From an uncultured Clostridium sp. (GTDB lineage Bacteria; Bacillota; Clostridia; Christensenellales; CAG-138), in the NCBI GenBank assembly GCA_964546125.1, contig CAZJIS010000002.1, positions 13,484 through 58,028 of the forward strand: 44,545 bases of DNA, in the 5' to 3' direction. The notes beneath the pieces were generated by a model. That model was not told the origin of the DNA. It saw only the letters and a list, made by a program, of their open reading frames with translations, and did no database searches. A program made the position numbers and the translations under genes. This document shows, piece after piece, positions 36,474 through 44,545 of the stretch; within the stretch, counting starts at the first letter, position 1; every line of letters starts with the position of its first letter.

Positions 36474-36977
36474 ATGGGACTCTATCAGGACTGGCAAAAC
36501 CACGCGCAGGTGCAGCGCGATCCCCAGGCACACGACGCTTTTTGGCGGGATTATTTCGAGCTTGAAACCGAAAACTACAAAAAGCTGCTCGCCGAACCGG
36601 GCGTGATCCCCAAGGGCAAACTCTCCGCCCTCGCCGCGGAATTCGGCATGGATGAAAAGACCTTCGCCGGCTTTCTCGACGGCATCAACACAAGCCTTGT
36701 GCGCGCGCTCGACCTCGAAGCGCTTGAACCCGACACCGAGCTTGCGCTCGAGGTCGATTATGAAAAGCTATTTTTCAACATGCTCGAGGCTAAGGCGGAG
36801 TGGCTCTACACTTTGCCCGAGTGGGAGGGCATTTTGAGCCCCGAGCGGCGCCATGAGATCACAAAGGAATTCCGCGCCGCGAAGGTATATGTCAAAGAGA
36901 ACAAGGTCGGCCGCAACGATCCCTGTCCCTGCGGCAGCGGCAAGAAATACAAACAGTGCTGCGGTAAAAACGCGTAG
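36474..36977 (+). CDS. SEC-C metal-binding domain protein
   Basis: C-terminal [14 protein letters not shown]; 167 aa. SD AAGGAAGG. Confidence 0.8.
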   Translation: MGLYQDWQNHAQVQRDPQAHDAFWRDYFELETENYKKLLAEPGVIPKGKLSALAAEFGMDEKTFAGFLDGINTSLVRALDLEALEPDTELALEVDYEKLFFNMLEAKAEWLYTLPEWEGILSPERRHEITKEFRAAKVYVKENKVGRNDPCPCGSGKKYKQCCGKNA

Positions 36978-36983
36978 CGCGCG

Positions 36984-37006
36984 GGGGCGGATTTTATATC
37001 CGCCCC
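36984..37006 (+). terminator. hairpin directly after the SEC-C gene
   Basis: GGGGCGGAT-TTTAT-ATCCGCCCC, 7 nt after the stop. No clear U-tract. Confidence 0.35.
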
Positions 37007-37168
37007 AACTGCGGCTGCGGGTTTTTGCGGGCCTATATAAAACCGGCCCCTGCAAATCCCCCTAAGGGGTTCTCGGGGCGTATGGTTCCAGACGGGGGTT
37101 CGGGGATGTATTTTCCCCCATTGTTGCGTTTCAATTATCCATTACTCCTCGTATCGAACGGAGGCATT

Positions 37169-40114
37169 ATGAAAATCAAATTCTGCGGCGCGGCGCGCAG
37201 CGTGACCGGCTCCTGCCACATGATGGAGTTCGGGGAGAAGAAGATCCTTGTGGACTGCGGCATGCGTCAGGGCGCGGATAAGAAGACCGAGCTTGGTGAG
37301 GATGAGTTCCCGTTCGTGCCGGCGGAGATCGACGCGGTGCTGCTCACCCACGCGCACATCGACCATAGCGGGCTTTTGCCGCTGCTCGTCAAGCGCGGGT
37401 TTGGGGGGCGCATCCTCGCCACGCGCGCCACGGCGGAACTTGCGGGCGTGATGCTGCCCGACAGCGGCCACATTCAGGAGCAGGAGGCGGAATATCAGAA
37501 CCGCAAGAACCTGCGCGCGGGCAAGCCCCCGGTGCAGCCGCTCTACGGCGTACAGGATGCGATCGACACGCTCAAGGCGTTCCGCCCGGTGAGCTACAAT
37601 GAGATCGCCGAGATCGTGCCCGGCCTGCGCGCGCGCTTTGTGGATGCGGGGCATCTTTTGGGTTCCGCCGCCATCGAAGTGTGGGCCACCGAGGGTAAAA
37701 AGACGATTAAGCTCGTTTTCAGCGGCGACATCGGGCGCGACAACAGGCCCATCTTGCAGGACCCGCAGCCTATTGACGGCGCGGATTACGTGCTCATGGA
37801 GGGAACCTACGGCGACCGTGACCATGAGGTGAGCGCCGCGGCCGATAAGGAGGAGGAGCTTGCCTCGCTCCTTCGCGAAGGCATGGCGCGTGGGGGCAAC
37901 ATCGTGATACCGAGCTTCGCGATCGGCAGGACGCAGGAGCTTTTGTATTACATCAAAAAGCTCTTGCTGCGCAACGCCGTGCCGGGATTGGAGAAGATCC
38001 CCGTTTATGTGGACAGCCCCCTTGGCATCAGCGCCACGCAGGTCTATGAGCGCAACGCCGCCGATTATTATGACGACGAAGCGCTCGAAATAGCCAAAAC
38101 GGGCTCGCCGTTCGATTTTCCGAGCCTGCGCGTGTCGCAGACCGCCGACGAGAGCCGCATGATCAATTTCCAGCCCGGCTGCAACATCATCATCTCCTCC
38201 TCGGGCATGTGCGATGCGGGGCGCATTCGCCACCACCTTAAGCACAACCTCTACCGAACGGATTCGACGGTGATCTTCACCGGCTACCAGGCAAACGGCA
38301 CGCTCGGCAGGCTTTTGGTCGACGGCGCCCCGAAAGTGAAGCTCTTTGGCGAGGATATCAAAGTCAACGCGGCCATCCGGAAGGCCGAGGGCTTCTCGGG
38401 CCACGCGGGCAAGAGCGAGCTGATCGAATGGCTCGACGCAATCGGTGAAAAGGGTGAAAAGCCGCGCCGCGTGTTCCTCATCCACGGCGAGGAGGAAACG
38501 CTTTTAAACTTTGCGGCAACCCTCGAGGGCCGCGGCTATGCGATTGCCGTGCCCGCGCTTCTCTCCGAAATTGAGTTTGCTTATGAAAGTGAGGAGGCGC
38601 CGCCCGAGGTCAGCGCGCCCGCGCCCGAACCGCCGGATACGTTCACGCCGCGCGCGCTTTCGGCGCTTGCCAAACAATGGAAGCTCAACGGCGTCCTCAG
38701 CGTGCGAAAGGACGGCAGGCCGCTGTATGAAACCGCCTACGGCTTTGCCGATATGGAGAAGAAACCGCTCAACTCCTTGCATACGCGCTTTGCCCTCGGC
38801 AAGATCACCGCGCTGTACACAGCGGCGCTCGCGCTGCTGCTCACAAAACAGAAAACGATCTCCCTTGAGGATTCGCTCGCCCTCTATGTGCCCGAATACG
38901 CGCGCGCAAAGGAAGCGACGCTTGGCGAGCTGCTCTTGCTCAAAAAGTTTGTGCCCGATTATATGCAGGAAGCCCTCATGGGCCGCGTAGAGGCGCGCAT
39001 CCGCGAGGAGAAGCTCGCGCAAGCCGAGGCCCTCAAACTGCGCTTTGACGCCGCCACGGCGGACATCGGGGATGAGGCGTTCCTCGAAATACTCAACGGC
39101 CTCGGCGCGCTCAAGGGGGAGGAAGAGGAAACGGGCGCGCGCTCGAACTACCGCCTCGTGGGTATGGCGCTTGCGCGCGCGGCGAAAAAACCGCTTGCCG
39201 AGTTGATGCGCGAGCGCATCTTCATTCCGCTGGGCCTCGATGAAACAGCTCTTGGCGGCGCGGCGGAGGCTTCTTATGCGGAGCTTGCCGGGGGCAGGAG
39301 CATCCCCCTTGGTTCGCCGCGGAACGCGGCGGGGGATGCGGGCGTGGTCAGCTCGATCATCGATCTTATGCGCTTCCTCGAAGCGCTGCGCACAGGCGCG
39401 CTTCTGGGCAGGAGCCTGACGAAAAAGTTCTTTTCCGCCCCGGATGGGGGGAGCGCCTGCGGATGGGAGCGCAACTATGGCTGGTATTCCGCTTTTGCGG
39501 GCTTTGAGAATTCGCGCGGCGCCGTTTATGTTTCCCTCAAGCACGGCGTGAGCTTCGCGGTGCTCGCCAACGCCCCGTCGATAGACCTCGCGGCCCCGCC
39601 TTCGCCGGATGAGAGCGGCGCGTACACGCTGCCCCAAAGGCTGCGGCGCGAGCTCGACGCAACCTATCTTGCCTGCGAAAATCCCAAACTCGTGCCGGTC
39701 AATGAATCGAATTTCACCGAGGCCATGCGCCTCAAGGTCACGCCGGAGCAGGAAAACTATGTCGCCGGCAACGCCTATTCCCTCGCGCAGGCCTATGCGA
39801 TGCGTACTGTCGCGCGGCCCTATGTCGTCGCGCAGGATGGCATTCCCGTGGGCTTTGTGATGCTCTTTGTCGAGCGCAAGAAGGATATGTTCGAGATCTG
39901 GCGCTTCATGATCGACGTGCGCTTCCAGAACAGGGGCTTCGGCGAGGCGGCGCTCGCGCTCGCAATCGAAGAGCTCAAGCGCCTCGGCGCGAAAAAAGCC
40001 ATGCTCTCGGTCGTGCCCGCCAACGAGGCGGCCGTGCGCCTTTATGAAAGGGCGGGGTTCCGCTTCACCGGCAAGGCCGATTTTGACGAGGTGATCATGG
40101 AGCTTGCCCTTTGA
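37169..40114 (+). CDS. three-domain fusion: beta-CASP metallo-beta-lactamase (RNA-specific MBL, COG1236-like) + serine beta-lactamase/esterase-like domain + GNAT acetyltransferase
   Basis: LLTHAHIDHSG, GDIGRD, EGTYGDRDH and FSGHAGKSEL define the beta-CASP MBL. A Pro/Glu linker follows, then a class-C beta-lactamase-like fold (YGFADMEKKPL..TRFALGKITALYTAAL; SNYRLVGMAL..IFIPLGLDET). The final domain is a GNAT (FQNRGFGEAALALA..RLYERAGF). SD ACGGAGG lies before ATG 37169. Confidence 0.8.
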   Translation: MKIKFCGAARSVTGSCHMMEFGEKKILVDCGMRQGADKKTELGEDEFPFVPAEIDAVLLTHAHIDHSGLLPLLVKRGFGGRILATRATAELAGVMLPDSGHIQEQEAEYQNRKNLRAGKPPVQPLYGVQDAIDTLKAFRPVSYNEIAEIVPGLRARFVDAGHLLGSAAIEVWATEGKKTIKLVFSGDIGRDNRPILQDPQPIDGADYVLMEGTYGDRDHEVSAAADKEEELASLLREGMARGGNIVIPSFAIGRTQELLYYIKKLLLRNAVPGLEKIPVYVDSPLGISATQVYERNAADYYDDEALEIAKTGSPFDFPSLRVSQTADESRMINFQPGCNIIISSSGMCDAGRIRHHLKHNLYRTDSTVIFTGYQANGTLGRLLVDGAPKVKLFGEDIKVNAAIRKAEGFSGHAGKSELIEWLDAIGEKGEKPRRVFLIHGEEETLLNFAATLEGRGYAIAVPALLSEIEFAYESEEAPPEVSAPAPEPPDTFTPRALSALAKQWKLNGVLSVRKDGRPLYETAYGFADMEKKPLNSLHTRFALGKITALYTAALALLLTKQKTISLEDSLALYVPEYARAKEATLGELLLLKKFVPDYMQEALMGRVEARIREEKLAQAEALKLRFDAATADIGDEAFLEILNGLGALKGEEEETGARSNYRLVGMALARAAKKPLAELMRERIFIPLGLDETALGGAAEASYAELAGGRSIPLGSPRNAAGDAGVVSSIIDLMRFLEALRTGALLGRSLTKKFFSAPDGGSACGWERNYGWYSAFAGFENSRGAVYVSLKHGVSFAVLANAPSIDLAAPPSPDESGAYTLPQRLRRELDATYLACENPKLVPVNESNFTEAMRLKVTPEQENYVAGNAYSLAQAYAMRTVARPYVVAQDGIPVGFVMLFVERKKDMFEIWRFMIDVRFQNRGFGEAALALAIEELKRLGAKKAMLSVVPANEAAVRLYERAGFRFTGKADFDEVIMELAL

Positions 40115-40124
40115 AAAACCGCGC

Positions 40125-40153
40125 TTGAATCGCTCGCGCGGGCATGATATAAT
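40125..40153 (+). promoter_or_regulatory. sigma-A promoter of the pheST leader (TTGAAT-17-TATAAT with TG extension)
   Basis: cTTGAATcgctcgcgcgggcaTGaTATAATac, starting 11 nt after the fusion-gene stop. Confidence 0.6.
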
Positions 40154-40159
40154 ACTTTG

Positions 40160-40408
40160 GTAAATATGGCGATGACGGGGCAAAGCGAACCCGCCCGCCC
40201 CAGAGAAGGCCGCAAAGCTGCGAGCGGCCCGCGGGATGGTTCGCACACAGTTCTCCCCAGAGCCGCGCCGGGGAAGTTCCGCTTGCGGAATGCGTAGTCG
40301 GCGCCGGGTAAGCCCGATACAGCGAAAAAGGCCCCGTGTTGGCGGGGCGAATTAGGGTGGTACCACGAGCGCGCCTTCGTCCCTTCGACGAGGGCGCTTA
40401 TTTTATTT
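40160..40408 (+). promoter_or_regulatory. T-box riboswitch leader (Phe-tRNA sensing) of pheST
   Basis: Conserved T-box sequence AATTAGGGTGGTACCACG at 40350-40367 sits immediately 5' of a terminator whose 5' arm can alternatively pair with it. GCGATGA (K-turn-like) and AGAGAA boxes lie near the 5' end. UUC triplets at 40251-40253 and 40277-40279 are candidate specifiers. Confidence 0.85.
40371..40408 (+). terminator. intrinsic terminator of the T-box leader
   Basis: GCGCCTTCGTC-ccttc-GACGAGGGCGC (11 bp, one G-U) followed by TTATTTTATTT. Confidence 0.7.
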
Positions 40409-40426
40409 GTTCGGGAGGGAACCGAC

Positions 40427-41449
40427 ATGCTTAACAAACTGCAAACGATCCGCGAGGAGGCGCTCGCAAAGCTCACGGCCGCCGCGGAGGAGAACGAGCT
40501 CGAGGCGCTCAATGTTTCGGTGCTCGGGCGCAGCGGCTCGCTGACGGAGATCCTGCGCGCGATGGGCAAGCTCGAAAAAGAGGAGCGCGCCGCGGTGGGG
40601 CAGGCGGCCAACCGCGTCAAAAAGGAGCTTGAGGAAACAATTGCCGCGCGGCGCGCGCAGTTTGCGGCCCTCGCGCAGGAGAGGTGTTTTGCCCGCGAGG
40701 CGCTCGATGTGACCGAACCCGGCGTGCGCCGCCGCCCGATGGGCAGGCTGCACCCGATGACGCAAACCTACCGCATGATCCGCGATGCGCTCGTTGGCAT
40801 GGGCTTCACCACCTATAACGGCCCCGAGGTGGAGTATGACGACTATAACTTCACGCGGCTGAACCTCCCGAAGGATCACCCCGCGCGCGACATGCAGGAT
40901 ACGTTTTATGTGAACGAGCGCGTGGTGCTGCGCACGCACACAAGCCCTGTGGAGGCGCGGGCGCTGCTCGCGCTCGAGCCGCCGTTTCGCCTGGTGATCC
41001 CCGGGCGCGTGTTCCGCGTAGATGAGGTGGATGCTTCCCACAGCCCCGTGTTCATGCAGATGGAGGGGCTTGTGGTGGACCGCAACATCAGCTTTGCCGA
41101 TCTTAAAGGAACGGTTGAGGCGTTCGTGCACGCGGTGTTCGGGGAAAGCGTCAAAGCGCGCTTCCGCCCGAGTTACTTCCCGTTTACGGAGCCTTCGGCG
41201 GAGGTCGATATCTCTTGCACAATGTGCATGGGCAAGGGCTGCCGCGTATGCAAGGGCACGGGCTGGATCGAGGTCATGGGCTGCGGCATTACCAACCCGC
41301 ACGAACTTGAGAACTGCGGCCTCGATCCGCACGAGTGGAGCGCGTTCGCCTTTGGCCTTGGCGTGGACCGCGTGGCGAGCCTCAAATACGGGATCACGGA
41401 CATCCGCCTTCAATATGAGAACGATGCCCGCTTCCTCGGCCAGTTCTAA
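40427..41449 (+). CDS. pheS: phenylalanine--tRNA ligase alpha subunit
   Basis: HPARDMQDTFY, LRTHTSPV, FRPSYFPFTEPSAE and GCGITNP motifs; 340 aa. SD GGGAGGGA. Confidence 0.95.
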   Translation: MLNKLQTIREEALAKLTAAAEENELEALNVSVLGRSGSLTEILRAMGKLEKEERAAVGQAANRVKKELEETIAARRAQFAALAQERCFAREALDVTEPGVRRRPMGRLHPMTQTYRMIRDALVGMGFTTYNGPEVEYDDYNFTRLNLPKDHPARDMQDTFYVNERVVLRTHTSPVEARALLALEPPFRLVIPGRVFRVDEVDASHSPVFMQMEGLVVDRNISFADLKGTVEAFVHAVFGESVKARFRPSYFPFTEPSAEVDISCTMCMGKGCRVCKGTGWIEVMGCGITNPHELENCGLDPHEWSAFAFGLGVDRVASLKYGITDIRLQYENDARFLGQF

Positions 41450-41463
41450 GGAGGGTCAACAAC

Positions 41464-43863
41464 ATGAAACTGCCGCTTAGTTGGTTAAAGGATTATGTCG
41501 AATGGAACGTCACGCCCAAGGAGTTTGTGGAAAAACTCATGTGGCGCGGCTTTGAGGTTGCCGATATCGAGGAATCGATGGCGGGCATCACCCATGTGGT
41601 CGTGGGCAAGATATTGAGCCTCGCGCGCCACCAAAACAGCGACCACCTGCTCATCTGTGAGATCGACGCGGGGGGCGAAGCGCCGCTGCAAATCGTGACG
41701 GGCGCGCCGAACGTTTTTGAGGGGGCCCTCGTGCCCGTAGCGCTCGACGGGGCGTCTCTTGCGGGCGGCCTTGTCATCAAGCCCACGGTTATGCGCGGCG
41801 TCGCGAGCGCCGGCATGCTCTGCTCGGGCAAGGAACTGGGCCTTACCGAGGCCGATTATCCCGGCGCGGAGATCGACGGCATCATGATCCTTTCGGGCGA
41901 ACTTTTGCCGGGGCAAAACATCAAAGAGGCGCTCGGGCTTGACAATCTCGTATTTAACATCGAACTCACGCCCAACCGCGCGGATTGCCAGAGCATCATC
42001 GGCATGTGCCGCGAGGCCGCGGCGGCGCTTGGGAAGGCTTTTGACGAGCCGGAGATCAAGCGCGTGCACGGCGCGGGAACTGTTGCCGACTACGCCTCGG
42101 TCGCCGTGCGCAACAGCGACCTTTGCCCGCGCTACTGCGCGCGCGTGGTGACGGAGCTCAACATCGCCCCCTCGCCGGCGTGGATGCAAAAGCGCCTTAA
42201 CGCCGCGGGCATGCGCCCGATTAACAACATTGTGGATATCACAAACTACGTTTTGCTCGAATACGGCCACCCGATGCACGCGTTCGACCTGGCGTGCATT
42301 GCAAGCGGGCAGATCGTCGTGCGCAACGCGCACGAGGGCGAGGTCGTGACCACGCTTGATGGCAAAGAGCGCCCGGTCACACCCGACATGCTGCTCATCG
42401 CCGACCCCGAAAAGGGCGTGGGAATCGCGGGCGTGATGGGCGGGCTCAACTCGGAGATCACGCGGGACACCAAGGCGGCGCTTTTTGAATCCGCCGTATT
42501 CAAGGGCGGCAGCATACGCGCCACAACGCGCGCGCTGCGCCACACGACGGACGCCTCGGCCCGCTTCATCAAGGGCGTGGAGCCGGTCAACGCCATGCTC
42601 GCCCTCGAGCGCGCGATGGAGCTTGTCGAGCAGCTCGGCGCGGGCAAGGTTGTAGGGGGCACGCTCGACGCGTGCGCGGCCGATCTTTCGCCGCGCGTGA
42701 TCGAAGTCGACGGCGCGCACGTCAACCGCATCCTCAACACATCGATCCCCGCCTGCGACATGGCCGCGATGCTCGGCACGATCAACATCCCCGCGAAAGC
42801 AAAGGGAGACGCGCTCATCGTCCGGGTGCCGCATTACCGCGTGGATATCGAGAGTTCCATCGAGGCCGATTGGGACATTGCCGAGGAAGTCGCGCGCATT
42901 TACGGCTACTATAACATCGCCCCCAAGCTCATGGAGGGCAAAACCTTCACCGGCAGGCTCGGCGAGGCGTTTGCGGATGAGGATAAGCTCAAGGACCTGC
43001 TCGCCGCGCAGGGGCTTTATGAAATGTACAACTATAATTTCACAGGCCCCGCGGCGCTCGATGCGCTGCGCATCCCTGCGGGGGATGAAAAGCGCCTTGC
43101 GGTAAAAATCCTCAACCCCTTTGGCGAGGACCAGAGCCTCATGCGCACGACGCTCCTGCCCGGCATGCTCGACGCGCTCGCGCACAACCTCTCGCATAAA
43201 ACGGGCTTTGCGCGCTTCTTCGAGGTGGGCAACTGCCATTTCGACAACAACCCCGATCTTCCCGAAGAGCGCAAAATGCTCGGCATCCTCACGGCCGACG
43301 GCGAGGATGATTTCTTCACCTTAAAAGGCATGGTCGAGGAGATCGCTTCGCGCTTTTACATCCCGCTCGAGGTACGGCCCGGCTGCGGCGCATATTTTCA
43401 GCCCGGGCGCTGCGGCGTAATTTATGCGGGGGAGGAGGCCGTGGGCGAGCTTGGCGCGCTGCACCCGGCTGTGCGATGCGCATTTGAAATCGACCGCCCC
43501 GCGTATTTCGCGCAGATCGAGATCGCAAAGCTGCTCGCCCACAAGGGCGGCACGCCCACCTATAAGGCGCTGCCCAAATTCCCCAAGGTGGAGCGCGACA
43601 TCGCCGTGGTCGTCGATGAGGCGGTCAGCGCCAAGCAGGCGCGCGACGTCATCGCCCAAGCGCGGCTCAAGGTCATCCTCGACGACATCGCCCTTTTTGA
43701 TGTATATCGCGGGCAGGGCATCCCCGAGGGGAAGAAGAGCATGGCCTTTTCCTTCACGCTGCGCGCGGAGGACCACACCTTGGCCGATGAGGAGATCCAA
43801 GCCGCCATGGCGCTTGTCGTGCGCGCGCTGCAAGCGCGCCTCAAGGCGGAGCTGCGGGCATGA
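41464..43863 (+). CDS. pheT: phenylalanine--tRNA ligase beta subunit
   Basis: MKLPLSWLKDYV.. followed by tRNA-binding, B3/4, B5 and FDX-ACB domains in order; 799 aa, 14 nt after pheS. Confidence 0.95.
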   Translation: MKLPLSWLKDYVEWNVTPKEFVEKLMWRGFEVADIEESMAGITHVVVGKILSLARHQNSDHLLICEIDAGGEAPLQIVTGAPNVFEGALVPVALDGASLAGGLVIKPTVMRGVASAGMLCSGKELGLTEADYPGAEIDGIMILSGELLPGQNIKEALGLDNLVFNIELTPNRADCQSIIGMCREAAAALGKAFDEPEIKRVHGAGTVADYASVAVRNSDLCPRYCARVVTELNIAPSPAWMQKRLNAAGMRPINNIVDITNYVLLEYGHPMHAFDLACIASGQIVVRNAHEGEVVTTLDGKERPVTPDMLLIADPEKGVGIAGVMGGLNSEITRDTKAALFESAVFKGGSIRATTRALRHTTDASARFIKGVEPVNAMLALERAMELVEQLGAGKVVGGTLDACAADLSPRVIEVDGAHVNRILNTSIPACDMAAMLGTINIPAKAKGDALIVRVPHYRVDIESSIEADWDIAEEVARIYGYYNIAPKLMEGKTFTGRLGEAFADEDKLKDLLAAQGLYEMYNYNFTGPAALDALRIPAGDEKRLAVKILNPFGEDQSLMRTTLLPGMLDALAHNLSHKTGFARFFEVGNCHFDNNPDLPEERKMLGILTADGEDDFFTLKGMVEEIASRFYIPLEVRPGCGAYFQPGRCGVIYAGEEAVGELGALHPAVRCAFEIDRPAYFAQIEIAKLLAHKGGTPTYKALPKFPKVERDIAVVVDEAVSAKQARDVIAQARLKVILDDIALFDVYRGQGIPEGKKSMAFSFTLRAEDHTLADEEIQAAMALVVRALQARLKAELRA

Positions 43864-43900
43864 AAACGGCGATTGATCGCTGACAATTGCATAAACAGGC

Positions 43901-43925
43901 AACGGCCCCGTTTGAAGGGGCCGTT
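43901..43925. terminator. bidirectional terminator between pheT and the DUF1846 gene
   Basis: AACGGCCCC-gtttgaa-GGGGCCGTT followed by TGCATGTT. Confidence 0.7.
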
Positions 43926-43946
43926 TGCATGTTGCGGGCCGGGCTT

Positions 43947-44545
43947 TTATTTATGATACAGTTTCTTCGTTTGGTATTGCGGCTCGCAGGTGAGGTTAAT
44001 GCCAAGCTTGCGGAAGGTGGTGTTGTCCACCGAGGAGAGGATCACGCTCGAGTGCGCCTCGCACTCGCGCAGCTTGGGAAGCTGGCGCATCGCAAGGTCC
44101 GCCGTGGGGTTCGTGGCGGCGCAGATGGAGAGCGCGATGAGGATCTCATCCGAATGCAGGCGCGGGTTATGGTTGCCAAGATGTTTGGTTTTTAGGGCCT
44201 GGATCGGCTCGATGATGATGGGGGAAATCAGGTGCATGTCGTCGTGAATACCGCCGAGCGCCTTCAAGGCGTTGAGCAAAAGCGCGGCGGATGCGCCAAG
44301 AAGCGGCGAAGTCTTGCCGGTGACGATCGTGCCGTCGGGCAGCTCCAGCGCGGCGGCGGGCTGGCCGGTTTCCTCGGCCTTGGCGAGCGCGCGCGCCACA
44401 ACGGGGCGGTTAGCTTCTGAAACGCCCGCCTGGTTCATGAGCAGCTTGCATTTATAAAGGCCGGTATCGTCGGCAAGGCCCTGGCGCACGGCGCAGCTTT
44501 CGGCGTAATAGCGGCGGATGATCTCCTGCCGCGCAGCCGCGCGGC
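43947..44545 (-). CDS. DUF1846 (UPF0371) family protein, C-terminal part; the gene continues beyond the window end
   Basis: The frame stays open upstream of the ORF-track GVG/GTG start to base 44545 (..RAAARQEIIRRYYAESCAVRQGL..). The C-terminus ..LGINLTCEPQYQTKKLYHK matches my memory of UPF0371 proteins. Confidence 0.65.
   Translation of the reverse strand, partial: RAAARQEIIRRYYAESCAVRQGLADDTGLYKCKLLMNQAGVSEANRPVVARALAKAEETGQPAAALELPDGTIVTGKTSPLLGASAALLLNALKALGGIHDDMHLISPIIIEPIQALKTKHLGNHNPRLHSDEILIALSICAATNPTADLAMRQLPKLRECEAHSSVILSSVDNTTFRKLGINLTCEPQYQTKKLYHK

Noticed and set aside
36768-37055. 95-aa minus-strand ORF spanning the SEC-C gene 3' end and the intergenic region.
   Set aside because: It overlaps a well-supported gene on the other strand and has no SD and shadow-frame composition.
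38641-39690. Beta-lactamase-like domain of the fusion protein as an antibiotic-resistance determinant.
   Set aside because: The nucleophile Ser-x-x-Lys box appears replaced (K-I-T-A). There is no signal peptide and the domain sits in the middle of a cytoplasmic multidomain protein.

Overview
High-GC (by eye above 60%), densely packed chromosomal core segment from a spore-forming Firmicute. It is probably a Clostridia/Oscillospiraceae-like organism, inferred from gpr-spoIIP, cdaA-cdaR and a T-box-controlled pheST. I count about 37 protein genes and see no rRNA, tRNA, CRISPR array, integrase/transposase or obvious compositional island. All calls rest on motif recognition in the supplied ORF translations plus reading of start-codon/SD/promoter context; no database search was run.

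Gene order:
- HerA-like DUF853 ATPase, then a heterodimeric ABC exporter pair.
- rpsT / gpr / spoIIP, then a lone GH36 alpha-galactosidase.
- One long minus-strand unit: queA-tgt-tsaE-tsaB-rimI-ridA-comEC-holA.
- Polysaccharide deacetylase and DUF3006.
- Small ORF-cdaA-cdaR-FAD protein.
- Beta-helix lipoprotein, PQQ-like propeller and HtrA.
- Aminotransferase, CobB sirtuin and a polytopic membrane protein.
- glmU-like, alpha/beta hydrolase, membrane-anchored murF-like ligase, ddl and icd.
- SEC-C protein, then a 981-aa three-domain fusion.
- T-box leader with pheS-pheT, then a partial DUF1846 gene.

Most worth a second look:
1. The beta-CASP MBL + apparently dead serine-beta-lactamase-like + GNAT fusion (37169-40114).
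2. The cell-wall precursor operon, in which the MurF-like ligase carries about 5 TM helices instead of the UDP-binding domain and the GlmU-like protein has a degenerate uridyltransferase half (30258-36454).
3. Three genes whose ATG sits 6-7 nt after a good -10 box with no SD (candidate leaderless mRNAs).

Nothing resembles a known defence or mobile system. The many long antisense ORFs are GC-rich shadow frames.
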